From: Isurus oxyrinchus | Lineage: Eukaryota | NCBI GenBank assembly: GCA_026770705.1 | Contig: JANJGN010000088.1 | Span: 1,240,001 to 1,304,000, forward strand | Length of the DNA stretch: 64,000 nucleotides | Direction: 5' to 3' | Shown here: piece by piece, positions 25,205 through 37,207 of the stretch | How the letters are laid out: each line of letters begins with the position of its first letter | How positions within the stretch are numbered: position 1 is the first letter of the stretch | Notes under the pieces: model-generated | Told to the model about the DNA's origin: nothing | What the model saw: only the letters and a program-made list of their open reading frames with translations | The model's database searches: none | Translations under genes and position numbers: made by a program

Positions 25205-25660
25205 GGCTGTCCTACGGGGAAAGGTTGGACAGACTGGGCTTGTTTCCACTGGAGTTTAGAAGAGTGAGGGGTGATTTAATTGAAGTATACAAGATCCTGA
25301 ACAGCCTTGACAAGGTGCATGTGGAAAGGATGTTTCCTCTTGTGGGTGAGACCTGAACAGGGGGGCACTGTTTTAACATTAGGGGTCCACCTTTTCGGGC
25401 AGAGATGAGGAGAAATTTTTTCTTGGATGGGTGTGCGACTTTGGAATTCTCTGCCTCAGTTGGTGGTGGAGGCGGGGCCATTGAATATTTTTAAGGCAGA
25501 AGTAGATAGATTCTTGTTAGGCAAGGGCATCAAAGGTTATTGGGGTTAGATCAGAATGTGGAAATCGAAACACAAGAAGATCAGCCATGATCTTATTGAA
25601 TGGCGCAGCAGGTTCGATGGGCCGAATGGTCTACTCCTGTTCCTATTTCTTATGTTCTTA
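25205..25660 (+). mobile_element. CR1 3' fragment present only in the proximal TM cassette
   Basis: GLFPLEFRRVRGDLIEVYKIL-type coding remnant plus CR1 3' UTR; absent from the 21430-24050 copy. Confidence 0.85.
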
Positions 25661-25944
25661 TTCTGGGCCATGGAGCCTTATGGACAGGTTGGCCTGTCCG
25701 TATTCTGGGACATGGGGCCTAAAGGACCCTTCTTCTGGGGTGAATCAAGACCCTCAGATCAGGTAAAGAGAAAATCTTCAAGGTGCCAGTGGCTGTGAAA
25801 GGTTCCCCACTGTGCTGTCCGTCTGCACCCAGTCTGATAGCTGGAATCTCAGAGTCAGATAATAAGATGTGGCGATAAATTGAAGATAAATCGTGACTTT
25901 ACAGTATGGGTACGTTGTTCATTTGATAGTTAAAGTCTGGTTAC

Positions 25945-26087
25945 CTTGACAACAGTAACAAAGGTGCTGTAGAGGAAACTTAGAATAAACAGAATGGCAA
26001 AGGCAGCAACTGTCAGTGCGTTGTCGTCTCCTTCCAAACCTTCCACTTCTTCCTTTCCTTCCTCTCCTATCACATTTGGAAGGTCAA
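25945..26087 (-). CDS. IgW: IgW TM1 (proximal transmembrane exon)
   Basis: TTTCAG|xDLPNVIGEEGKEEVEGLEGDDNALTVAAFAILFILSFLYSTFVTVVK|GTAACC; 143 nt. Confidence 0.92.
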
Positions 26088-27425
26088 CTGAAACAAAGAG
26101 AAATTGGAGCTGATAAAGATGACACTGGGCATTTCATCAAGGTCCACAATGTCTCAGTTTGAAGATAATAGCGAGGGAGGAGATCACAGCGGAGGAGCAC
26201 TGGGAGCTGTGAATAATTGAAAAGTCTTTCTCTCTTGACCTGTTGCTCCCCGGTCCTGTCTCCCACTTTGTCTTTGTCTTTCTCCCTCTCTCACTGCCTT
26301 TCCTCTATCCCTCAGAGATTCTGTCCCCTTGTTTCTGCTTCACTGTCGCTCTCAGTTTCTCTTTCTGTAACACTTACTGTTTCTCTCAAATGTGCACAAA
26401 CAACAGATGATGCTAAAACTGTTTCCAAAATCTCAGTCCTTCAGTCACCCCATTTCTCTATCATATTATCCAACCTACCAGCTCAAACACAAGTTTCTGA
26501 CTCCTTGGCTCCAAAAACACTCTAATCCGCAAACAAACCATTGATTGTGAAGCGCCCTGAGATTATCCCCATCGCCAGGGTGAGATTCTTAGTAACTTCA
26601 AATATTTACTTCTTTTTGAATCTCTGCTTCTATAACATTTTAATCAACCTAACAGTTCCTGAGGCAGCGTTAAATGAACTTGTGTAGTCACCAGGTACAA
26701 CAACTGCTCAATGGCACAAATTCTTGTGAGTGGTGATGTGAGCGAGTGAGACACCAAATGGGATCAGAAAGTCTGCAATTCATGGATTACCGTGATGTGG
26801 TTTTGTGCATCGCACTCTCGCCCCTGGATCAGAAAATTGTGGGTTCAAGTTCCACTCCAGATACTTGAGTGCATAATTCAGGCCGACACTCCAATGCAGG
26901 ACTGAGAAAGTGCTGCACTGCAGAAGGTGCCGCCTTTCAAATAAGGCATTAAACAATGGTATTGAGGTTGATGTAAACTTGTAAATGGTCCCACAGCACA
27001 ATTGGAAGAAGAGCAGGGGAGTACTCTGCAATGTTCTGAGCCAGCCAACATTTATCCCTCAACCAAAACACCTAAAACCAGATGATCTGGTCATTACCCC
27101 AGTTCTTATGGTGGGAATTACTGTGCGCAAATTGGAATTGGTAAACCAAGAAAGACCAAAGCCATCCTGATGTTCGGATGATACAAGGATAATGGAGTTG
27201 TGCACTAATCATAGCAACCAGTCTCTTATCAATTAGTCCACAATAAACCCAGACAGGAGGCAAGGTAAGCCCAATGGTGGGAGCATTGGAAACCATAGGT
27301 CCAAGGACCCCTGTTCCTCACAAGCATGTTACACTCACCGCACATCATGTTCGAAGATACTCATTTACTGTCTCCCGAAACACAACAATAATGAACACTC
27401 AAAACCGAAACCTTTTCACATTATG

Positions 27426-27431
27426 TTTATT
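27426..27431 (-). terminator. Poly(A) signal of the long secretory form
   Basis: First canonical AATAAA seen downstream of the CH10 stop (~335 nt). Confidence 0.65.
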
Positions 27432-27763
27432 GAAAATGGATCAGTACATTGACATTTTGCCACATACAATGAACCCTTCTTGGGGTCTCACACAGGTTTC
27501 ACACTTGGTCAAATGCAGCACAAAAAACGTTTGAAAACCAACTCAGGACTTCAGATGTTTGGAGAGAACGATGTTTGTTGTAGGATCAGATGGTTAAATT
27601 TAAATAATTTCTTTCTCAGTTATTGAACAAGGTCAGATTTTGTTCACATTTTCTAGTGATCTGCGACAAAAAGCGAGATTTCATAGCAACCATGACAATC
27701 CTCTGGTTGTCTTAACCATCCATTTACAGGGATTATGTAAATGGGTGATTGAATCATTAGATG

Positions 27764-28146
27764 CTATGAACAGGATTTGAAGCCTTCAGTTAGAACAAGT
27801 GACACATTGACCAGGGTGGGTTTGCTGTGAGATTTATTGATGCTCCTGAACAGATTTGTTGTGACTGACTCGTGTCCCACCACACAGGAGTAAGTGGTGC
27901 CGCTGTTCCACTCGTCTGCGGAGACTGTCAACCGACTGCCCGAGTTCCAGCCACTTCTGCCATCCTCGGTCACCGGCTGGTTCACAAATCCTGACTTCAG
28001 AAGGGTGTCGTTGGCCATCCAGGCCAGGTAGATCTCTGCAGGGGAGAATCCGGTGACCAGGCAAACCAGGGTCGCGGTGTGGTCTGTCTCCATCTCATCT
28101 TGTGAAGGGGGAAGGAGGTAGACTTGAGGGTGAGTCTTAATGTCAA
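27764..28146 (-). CDS. IgW: IgW terminal C exon (CH10) with long secretory tail
   Basis: C1-set Ig domain PQVYLLPPS...LVCLVTGFSP...W...YSCVVGHE, then tail KPTLVNVSLVLTEGFKSCS* with N-V-S sequon and penultimate Cys; TTCCAG acceptor. Confidence 0.95.
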
Positions 28147-28379
28147 CTGGAAACAGAGACAATGTAGGTTAGACTGAGCCCCCTCTCATCCTGCATACAC
28201 TCGACACGTTCTGCTTTTAACACAAATCTGGGCAACTTCTGCGTCCCCAGGGACACCTCCTCTATCAGAAAGTAAAGGCAATGACCTCTTTCTGGCCATT
28301 GTTGGGGTAGGGTGCAAGGGGCAGGATCATCAATCTTGCTGATTTTAAACTTGGGGAGGCAATGAACCATTGGGAATCT

Positions 28380-28775
28380 GCAAGAACAGTGTGCGGATGG
28401 TTAATAGGGATGTGCTGACCTTAAAATGATCGAATTAATCAAAACCCTTACAATCATGAGGGATTTCACCGGCAGGAGAGTCAGTAAACAGAGGGCAGAT
28501 ATTAAAGAGGAGCTGGCAAATGAACCAGTGGGAAGATGAGAATTTTTTTTTGCTCTGCGAGTTACGATTATTTGAAATGCGCTGTCTGAAGGAGGGTGGT
28601 GGAAGCAGTTAAATAGCAACTTTCACAAGGGAATTGGACATATGCTTGGAAAGGAGCAAATTTTAAGCCTATTGGGAAAGAGCAGATTGGGTGTCAGATT
28701 AATTCAATAGCTCTTGCAAAGAGCTGGCACAGGCATGATGGACCAAATGGCCTCCTGTGCTCCATGATTCTCTTA
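28380..28775 (+). mobile_element. CR1 3' fragment
   Basis: Degenerate CR1 ORF2 end and 3' UTR (gagctggcacaggcatgatggaccaaatggcctcct). Confidence 0.65.
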
Positions 28776-29213
28776 GAAATACCAGAGATCCACTTCCCAG
28801 CCCCTGCTTACTGTTGTAAAGAGGTAGGCTTCAGGAATTAATCTTGTCCTGTGGTGTCTGCTCCGTCTCCCTTTCCTCTTAATGGACTTGCTCATCTTCA
28901 ACCTACACCTCAGATGGACCTCTCTCACCGCTCCAATAGCTGGCTTGTTTCAGGCACTTCTTAATGTTGTGATAGCTGCTAATTCCTCTCCGTCTATCTC
29001 CCCTCACTGTGAACCCATCCCACAAGGACTTGTGTGATTTGGAGTGAGGCCATTGTGGAGATTTGAGGTTTTATCTGATCCATTTCTTAGCAGGTTTCGC
29101 ACATCTCTGGGCCATTAACACAGTGTGACACCCCATACTAGATAGTTTACCACTTGATGGTCATAAATCACTTCATTTTCTCAGACCAGACCCACAGCTT
29201 CATCCACACGTAC

Positions 29214-29534
29214 CTTGGGCTTTCCTGATTGACCTCTTCTCAGGCGTTGGCAAACTCTTGTCCTCCACCAAACACAAATACTCTACCCCACTCTCCCACT
29301 CTGCAGCAAGGACTGTCAGTCTGCTGAAGATCATGTCTTTGTCTCCATTCCTCTTGGGACCCTGAGTCTTCACTCCATCTTCTCTCTTGATTCCATCCGC
29401 CTGCCAGGTTACCCTGACTCCCTCTAAATCACTGTGAAGTACCTCGCAAAGTATAGTCGCTGTCCTGTTCCTCCAGATCTCTTCAAAAGGAGGCTTCCTT
29501 AAGGTGACTGAGATCCCAGTGTCCAAACATTCAT
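29214..29534 (-). CDS. IgW: IgW CH9 exon
   Basis: ECLDTGISVTLRKPPFEEIW...ILCEV...W...YLCLVED; TCCTAG/GTACGT splice sites; 321 nt, phase 1-1. Confidence 0.93.
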
Positions 29535-30382
29535 CTAGGAGAAAAATTATCATTGTTATTTCGTGATTCCCTCATGGGATGTGGACATGGCTTGCAAGGC
29601 TGGCATTTCATTCACATCGCCACATGTACAATAGTGGCTTGTTCGACTCTTTCAGAGGGCAGCTCTGAATCAGCCACATTGGTGTCTGCCTGTAGCCACA
29701 TCTGGGGCAGACAGGGTTAGGACAGCAGGTATCCTTCCCTCAAGGAAGATGAACAAAGCTGTTGGGTTTTTAATGACAATCTAATGCCTTCAAAGTCACT
29801 TTACTGATTCTAACGTTTTATTACCAATTTTTACTTTCTGCAACTGAATTCAAATTCTCAAGCTGTCTTAGATTTGAACTCAGTTGTCTGCATTAGTGAT
29901 TGTACATGTCAACCTTGGCACGTTGGTAGGGCAAGCTCCTCTACCTGCGATGGTTGTGCGTTCACGACCCACTACGGATACTCGAGCACAAATTCAAGAA
30001 TGACAAACCCCATGCCGACACTGAGGGAATGCGGCACTGTTGGGTATGCCGTCTCTCAGTAAGAGACATTAAGCCACGGCCCCTTCTCAGGCCAGCCAAA
30101 GAGATCACATCTTCGCCAATTTGGAAAAAAAGGGGAGAGGGGCCAAAAATTAACAGATTACCTGGTCTTCATCATAAAGCAGTTTATCGGGCCTTGCCTT
30201 ATGCAAATTAGTTGACGCTTTCTTTGCATTGAAACAGTGACTACACCTCAACAAAAGTACTCTTTTGGCTGTGAGGCACATCCTGAGGATGTGAAAGCTA
30301 CAACATTAATGCTATTGTCTCTTTCTTTGTCCAGACCTCTAGAATACTACCCCACTCACATAGTCACTACATTACCACATAC

Positions 30383-30700
30383 GTTGGAAGTTCTTCACCG
30401 TCTCACTGGTGTTGAAGTTGGAGGGTGGATGAGACACTGCACAGGTGAAGGTTGAGCCTTTCCTCCATTCCTCTGCACTCACAGTCAGGTAGTGCCTGAC
30501 GCAGAATGTCCTGGCCTGTTCCAGAGCAGTGTGTCCAGCGTGGGCCTTGGAGGAGATCACAGCACCATCTTTCTCCCAGGTGACATTTATGAGGTCTGGG
30601 TAGAATCCAGTGATCACACACTGGAGTGTGGCTGTGCTCTTACCCTTGATCTCTTCAGTTGGTTGAAACAGCAATCTGACCTTGGAACTTTTTGTCTCGA
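30383..30700 (-). CDS. IgW: IgW CH8 exon (type B, divergent copy)
   Basis: ETKSSKVRLLFQPTEE...LQCVITGFYP...W...FTCAVSHPPS; TTCCAG/GTATGT; 318 nt. Confidence 0.92.
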
Positions 30701-30790
30701 CTGGAATAGACAGACAAAACCAAGAAGCTGTTAAATTCCTTCCCTGAAAGTGAACAAAGTTAGTTATGTAATTTCTGATCTCTCACCCAC

Positions 30791-31093
30791 CTTTTACACT
30801 CTTTGCCCGTTTTGAAATGGGTGAGGATGAGGAACCACTTTGAGCAGAGCACACGAACTCCACCCCGCTGTCCCATTCCTCCGCAGTGGTTCGGAGTCGG
30901 CTGGTGACGATGTATTGTGTTCCTTCCTCTCTCTGTCGCTGGGTTGAAACCCCTTTACTTCGCTCCTGCCCGTTCATGTTCCAGGTGATGCGGACCTGGC
31001 TCGGATTGGAACGGACCACTATACACACCAGGGTAGCTGTCTTGTTGATCCAAACCTCTTCCATAAGTGGACTTTGGATAAAGACAGATATTT
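30791..31093 (-). pseudogene. IgW: IgW CH7 exon (type A): open frame but canonical splice acceptor destroyed
   Basis: Near-identical to CH3, but the acceptor reads CCCAAAATATC instead of CCCAG|AAATATC (1-nt deletion); donor intact. Confidence 0.8.
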
Positions 31094-33704
31094 TGGGAAG
31101 GGGAAATTATACAAATCAGAAGAACGGGCATTAATTAGTATCAGCCACTTGTGGCCTTCAATAGGAATCCAGTTTAATGTGTTTCACCTGGAGCTGCTAA
31201 TCGATCATGCGACACTGCACCTAAATATTTTAACAAGTTGAACATTAGAAAATCCCAGGGTTGTTTAAAAAATGTCTTGCAATTCTCAGTTTGCAAGTTT
31301 TGACTGAGAAAACATCGTAGGACAAGCAAGAACCCACTGGATCCCTTTTGAATCTGTCTGCCCTTACCGTGACCAAGAGATCCACAGTGAGGACTGCAGT
31401 TGAGTTGTGGGGTGAGTGGCTTTTAGATGCGACAATGTTACTAACAATGCAATCTCTGGTTTGTGAAATGGAGTGAAACAGAGATACAAACTGCTTAGCA
31501 AAAGGAACAATTCAGTAAATGCTTTTTCACTGCGTGGGGCTGTGGAATGATTTTTGATGTTGAGCACACTGAATGAACGAAGGGCCCATTTCTTTTAGCT
31601 GCGGCTCAGTTGATAGCACGCTCACCTCCGAATCAGAAGGTTGTGGATTCATGTCCCACAAAACTCAAAGTTGATGCCCCAGTGCAATACTGAGGGAGTG
31701 CTGCGCTGTCGGAGCACTGCCTTTTGGATGAGAATTGAAAATGAGGCGCCAAATGCCGCCTTAGGTAGATGTAAAAGAAGGACATCAGGGAAGATCGTTT
31801 CAATACCCTGATCAGTATATATCCCTCACTCAACATCACAAAAACAGGATCCCTGGTATTTGTCACATTACTCTTTGTGGGAACTTGCTGTGTATAAATT
31901 GGCTGCTGTGTTTCCAACTTTACAACAGTGGCTGCACTTCAAAAGTACTTCATTTTGGCATGTCCTGTGGTCACGAAAGATGACATGTAAATGTGAGCCT
32001 TTCTTTACTTTTCTTCCTCTAATTGGAGCCGGCCCGGATCACATCAGTTTTAAAATTCTTATCCTAATGTTCACGGCTTCACCTCTCCCTATCTCTGTAA
32101 TCTTCTCCAGCCCTACAGCCGCCCAGAAACTCTGCACAACTCTAGACACTTGTACATCCTTATCTTCCTTTCCCCCTGCATTGGTGGCTGTGTCTTCAGC
32201 CGTCTAGGCCCTAATGCCTGGAATTCACTGCCTAAACCTCAGCCACCTGCCACCTCTCTCCTCATTTGAGATGCTGCTTAAAACCTCTCTATTTTGCCAA
32301 GATTTTGGCCACAAGATCTCCTCCTGGAGGCTCAGCATCAGTTTTGCTTTGGCTTTGGTCCTGTGAAGCACCTTGGGATGTTTTACTACATTAAAGTCTC
32401 TATATCGATTCAAGTTATCATTGGTGATCATTCCCTGTCAAAGAAGGTTAGTTTGCATTGGCAGAGCAACTCCCATGAATCAGGGGAGTAACAGAAGTCC
32501 CCTCTTCCTGCAGGTTGGGGATCATTTCTGCATAACACGGACTTCCCCTCATTTCATTCCGGAGTTTACCGGCCTGGGAAGGGAATGATTGATTGAATTC
32601 TTCACATTTTCTCCTTTGTGCTCAACTCCCACGGATCGCAATCTCTTCAGATATCCCGCAGCTCACTGCGTGTTCTGTATACTGTTAACACAGACACACA
32701 CGCATATACACACAGACACGCACATGCACACACACATTCACTGCGTGAATCACAACTGCTTTGATCCACACTAATTGTTCTCGCTCAATGTAATGTTAAC
32801 ACTTACAGAGTGACTGGATTACTTCATCTGTGTCCATATCAAAACCTGTCATGAACACCACATATTGACTCTTCCGGCTGCAGTTTCAGCTGATGTTCAG
32901 TGTCTGTCTAATAGGACTGTGTCTTTTATTAGGTTATTTATTCTGTTTCTCTCTCTCTTGCCTTTTAAACAAAACCTTGATCAATTTCCTTCCAGATTGG
33001 GATTGCTCAGTATATTAATGATTAAGTCTAGGTGTTTTTCACGTTGATCTCCCATCATAAAACCTCATAGGGTTGGGAACAATCCCCTTATCACTGTAAA
33101 ATAATAACATTATTGGGCAAGAGGTGTTTAATTCCATTTATCCTTTGTGCGGAATTTTGAAAAAACACTTCCCTGACTTGGATTCCTGTGAACATTGAGC
33201 TCCTGACATTGACTGAGATGAGTATCCAGACTGGGAGAGTGATGGGAACTGTTTCTATTTCTGCAACCCAGAATTTCATCTAAAACAGACCAGGCCATTC
33301 AGGGCACCAGTTAAATCCTTGTGTGCTGAATCACCAACTTGCCTCAGGATCATTGAAGGGGGCCAATCCGGCTATTTCACTGGATCAATGAGTCCTACTC
33401 CAGCACCTCCCAACCTCCCGGCCTCTCTGGGTGACAAACAGGCTTCTAATCCTTTCCAACTTGAGAGTCAGACTTGAGAGACAATGGTCAGTCGGTGGGG
33501 TCGGGTCCCTATTCACTCTGACCCAGCGCAGGTCACAAAGAAATGACCATTCAGATAAGGAGTGGGTTGTCTGGGGGAACCCAAACTAGGGCTGTAACTT
33601 CTCGCAGTATTCACACTTTCATTCTGACGGATACCCTGGGATAGATTTGAACCTGCCAGATGGTTTGTAATAAAATTCAACGACCAATTCCATTCACAAA
33701 CTCA

Positions 33705-33856
33705 TCACTTTATTTCACATTTTTGTTGGTAGCAGTCATATTGGAGCTGATCACCATTTTTGAGGGTCACATTGAGGTTAGTCTGGTAGAGAAACTTCGG
33801 CATACAGTCAGAACAAGAACAAGGAGAACATGGAACTGGACGACATGCGTTTCCAC
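33705..33856 (-). CDS. IgW: Cysteine-rich secretory tail exon secA' (after CH6)
   Basis: TTCCAG|(G)GNACRPVPCSPCSCSDCMPKFLYQTNLNVTLKNGDQLQYDCYQQKCEIK*; 152 nt; AATAAA at 33709-33714. Confidence 0.85.
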
Positions 33857-34234
33857 CTGGAACTGGAAGAGTTGCAGATTTAAGTGTTATGCATTTTCAC
33901 CTCCCCTCCCCTCTACTGGGGAAGTGGGAGCTCCATGCAGCCCCTGGCCTCTGCTCTGTCCTGTCTTCTAAAGATCCTAAAAGAACTAGATCATGTAGAC
34001 ACTGACGAGCTGTTTTTACCTTGTCCAGAACAGTAAAATCAGTGGGTATGGCCTCTGTTTGAAGGGGGCAGGATGAACAATTGTTCTTTCTTTACTTGGC
34101 CTCTAGATTACTCGTCCACCTAGGTAATAACTACATCACCACACCTACGTTGTGAGTTTGAATTTGCCTGGCCCCAAGAGAATTTATATGAGAAGACCAT
34201 GATGTCAAGATTGGAATCAGGCCCAGGACCTTAC

Positions 34235-34552
34235 CTGGGACATTCTTCACCTCCTTGCTGATGACGAAGTTGGAAAGTGGATGAGACACTGTACAGCTGA
34301 AGGCTGATCCTGTCCTCCACTCCTCTGCACTCACAGTCAGGTAGTGCCTGACATTGAAAGTCCCTGCCTGTTCCAGAGCGGTGAGTCCAGCATGGGTGTT
34401 GGAGGAGATCGGAACACCATCTTTCTGCCAGGAGACGTGTAAGAGCTCTGGGTAGAATCCAGTGATCACACACTCGAGTGTGGCTGTGCTCTGATTCTTG
34501 ACCTCTTGGGCTGGGGGAGGCAGCAGCCTGACCTTGGGACTTTTTGGCTCGA
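34235..34552 (-). CDS. IgW: IgW CH6 exon (type B)
   Basis: EPKSPKVRLLPPPAQE...LECVITGFYP...FSCTVSHP; AG/GTAAG; 318 nt; protein identical to CH4. Confidence 0.93.
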
Positions 34553-34642
34553 CTGGAATAGACAGGCAAAACAAAGAAGCTGTTAAATTCCTTCCCTGAA
34601 AGTGAACAAAGTTAGTTATGTAATTTCTGATCTCTCACCCAC

Positions 34643-34945
34643 CTTTTACACTCTTTACCCGTTTTGAAATGGGGGAGGATGAGGAACCACTTTGAGCAGA
34701 GCACACGAACTCCACCCCGCTGTCCCATTCCTCCGCAGTGGTTCGGAGTCGGCTGGTGACGATGTATTGTGTTCCTTCCTCTCTCTGTCGCTGGGTTGAA
34801 ACCCCTTTACTTCGCTCCTGCCCGTTCATGTTCCAGGTGATGCGGACTTGGCTCGGATCTGAACAGACCACTTTACACACCAGGGTAGCAGTCTTGTTGA
34901 TCCAAACCTCTTCAACAGAAGGATTTTGGATAAAAACTGACATTT
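34643..34945 (-). CDS. IgW: IgW CH5 exon (type A)
   Basis: MSVFIQNPSVEEVWINKTATLVCKVVC...W...FVCSAQ; CCCAG/GTGGG; 303 nt. Confidence 0.93.
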
Positions 34946-36656
34946 CTGGGAAGCGGAAAGTGAAAACTTCAGAAGGATTGACATTATCTGGTGTTGGCAG
35001 CCTTCAGAATTTTAGGGTGGTCTCTCCCTACTGATGTTGGTGGATGATAGGTCAACACAGAAGTGACTTTAAACTGCCACCTGTTTTAATCTCTTGAGTT
35101 AATACTGGGTGAAATACACAGCATTTAAGTTTGCAGCAAACTGAGCCTTTAGAAAATCCAAGGGTCGCTTTAGCAATGTCTAGTAATTCTTGACTCGCAT
35201 GTTATGATTGAGAAAACATAATCAGAGCACTAAGAACCTGCCGTATCCATTTTGAATTTGTTTGCTGTGCCTGTGACCAATAGGCCCACAGTGAGGAGTG
35301 CAATTGCATTCTAGGACTGAGCAACATTTAGATGTGACACTGTGAATCAATTGCAAAGCCCAGTTTGTTAAATGGAGTGAGGCAGATGCAGATCGCTTAG
35401 CAATGGAAACAATTGAATAAAGGCTTATTTACTTACAGCCCCTCCACCTCCCCGCTGTTGTATGGTTGATTTGTGACACTGAGCAGATTGAATCAATGAG
35501 GTGCCCTTTTTGGAGACAGCCTCGGATTGCCTCCATTTCAAAATCCTTATCCTAGTGTTGACATCTCGCTGGCCTTGCCTCTCCATATCTCTGTCACATT
35601 TGCCAGCCCAATAACCGTCTGAAAATGCTGCTTTCCACCAACATTAACCTCTTGTACACCCCACACTCCCTTCGCCCTAACAGTAGCAGCTGTCCATCAG
35701 CCATCTAGACCCTGCTCTGTGTAAGTCTATCCCTGAATCACAATTACATGGCCAACCCTCTCTCCTCCTTTAAGACGCTCCATAAAAACGACCTCTGCCC
35801 CCGCCTCCTCCTTTGGTTCTTTATCAATTTCTGTCCGATTACTCTCCAATGCAGAACTTTAGACCTCTGTCCACACTAAAGGTGATATATAAAAGCAGGT
35901 TATTGTAGATAAGTCTCTGTGAAGATAGATGATTAGTGTGCAGTGGCAGAGCAAGCCACAAATCAGATGTAGTGACAGCTCCTTTGCTGGAGCTCGGGGA
36001 TAATTTATGCAAAACGTTTACATCCCATCTCCAGTTTCATGTCCAAGAGACTAGATAAAAAGCAAATGTTTTACCGAGTACTTCATACGTTTTCCCCATT
36101 GCCAGCAGTTTCCCAAAAGACCATTGTCACTTCAGATATCCCGCAGCTCACTGCGTGTTCTGAACACTATTCACGCGCACAAACACACATTCACTGTGCG
36201 AATCACAACTCTTCTCCCTCTATATAATGAACAGTAGACACTTGGGTATGATGGGAAGGATGACAATTACTGCATCAGGATCAAATCCTTTCATGAGCTT
36301 CGAGAACCAACTCCTCCGGCTGCAGTTTCAGATGATGTCCTGTACACAGGGTGGTGGGATTTTCCAATGGCCATTTGGGTGGCTCGCCACATCTGCTGCA
36401 GAGGGACCCACTGCAGTGGAGCCAGAAAATCCCGGCCAGTGTCTGACAAGACCCTATCTTTCATTAACTTGAGATGGGTGAACGGAAGAGTTTATCACTT
36501 CTGCTGCCATGGATTTCCATCCAGAACCTACCGGATTGTACAGGAGCCAGATGGAACCCTGCAGCCGGTCTCAGCGGTTTGCCTCAGGACCAGCATCATT
36601 GAAATGGGACAGCCTTCTTTTACTGGCTCAACGTGATTCAATTCACAACCAGCCCA

Positions 36657-36829
36657 TCACCGAATTTCACACATTTGTTGACAACATTTATACTGGCATG
36701 GATCAGCATCAGAGAAGGTCATGTTACAGTTAATCTGATATAGGAACCTCAGCATCCAGCCAGAACAAGAATCAGTCAGACAAGAGCAAGCAGCATTTCC
36801 ACCCGGAACAGGAAGATTTGTGTTTCCAC
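36657..36829 (-). CDS. IgW: Divergent cysteine-rich secretory tail exon secB (after CH4)
   Basis: TTCTAG|(G)GNTNLPVPGGNAACSCLTDSCSGWMLRFLYQINCNMTFSDADPCQYKCCQQMCEIR*; 173 nt; frame open; homologous to secA. Confidence 0.78.
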
Positions 36830-37207
36830 CTAGAACTGGAAGAGCTGCGGATTTAAGTGTTATGCATTTTCACCTCCCCTCCCCTCTACTGGGGAAGTGG
36901 GAGCTCCATGCAGCCCCTGGCCTCTGCTCTGTCCTGTCTTCTAAAGATCCTAAAAGAACTGGATCATGTAGACACTGACAAGCTGTTGTTACCTTGTCCA
37001 GAACAGTAAAATCAGTGGGAATGGCCTCTGTTTGAAGGGGGCAGGATGAACAATCGTTCTTTCTTTACTTGGCCTCTAGATTACTCGTCCACCTAGGTAA
37101 TAACTACATCACCACACCTACGTTGTGAGTTTGAATTTGCCTGGCCCCAAGAGAATTTATATGAGAAGACCATGATGTCAAGATTGGAATCAGGCCCAGG
37201 ACCTTAC

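Larger units (their letters stand above)
21430..27467. repeat. Tandem segmental duplication of the TM cassette (copies ~21430-24050 and ~24051-27467)
   Basis: 22310-24050 aligns with 25730-27467, and 21430-22300 aligns with 24051-25200; ORF-track pairs are duplicated (23568/26985, 23655/27072). Confidence 0.92.

Noticed and set aside
25781-25840. Alternative TM2 candidates just after TM1 (LSDWVQTDSTVGNLSQPLAP* or PLAP*)
   Set aside because: In-frame AGs exist, but VQQ* at 24436-24447 better fits the short Ig cytoplasmic tail and has a UTR and poly(A) signal; the alternatives cannot be fully excluded without cDNA.
30201-30208. Octamer ATGCAAAT (also at 59821-59828)
   Set aside because: Both lie inside SINE/LINE copies, far from the V promoter.
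31600-31670. tRNA gene-like A/B boxes (also ~38425-38495)
   Set aside because: These are heads of tRNA-derived SINEs continuing into the SINE core; no complete cloverleaf is visible.
34131-34234. Read-through extensions of CH ORFs past their donors (GKVLGLIPIL..., also 37104-37207 and 41612-41640) as secretory tails
   Set aside because: Strong GTAAG donors are present, the peptides lack tail features, and dedicated sec exons lie downstream.
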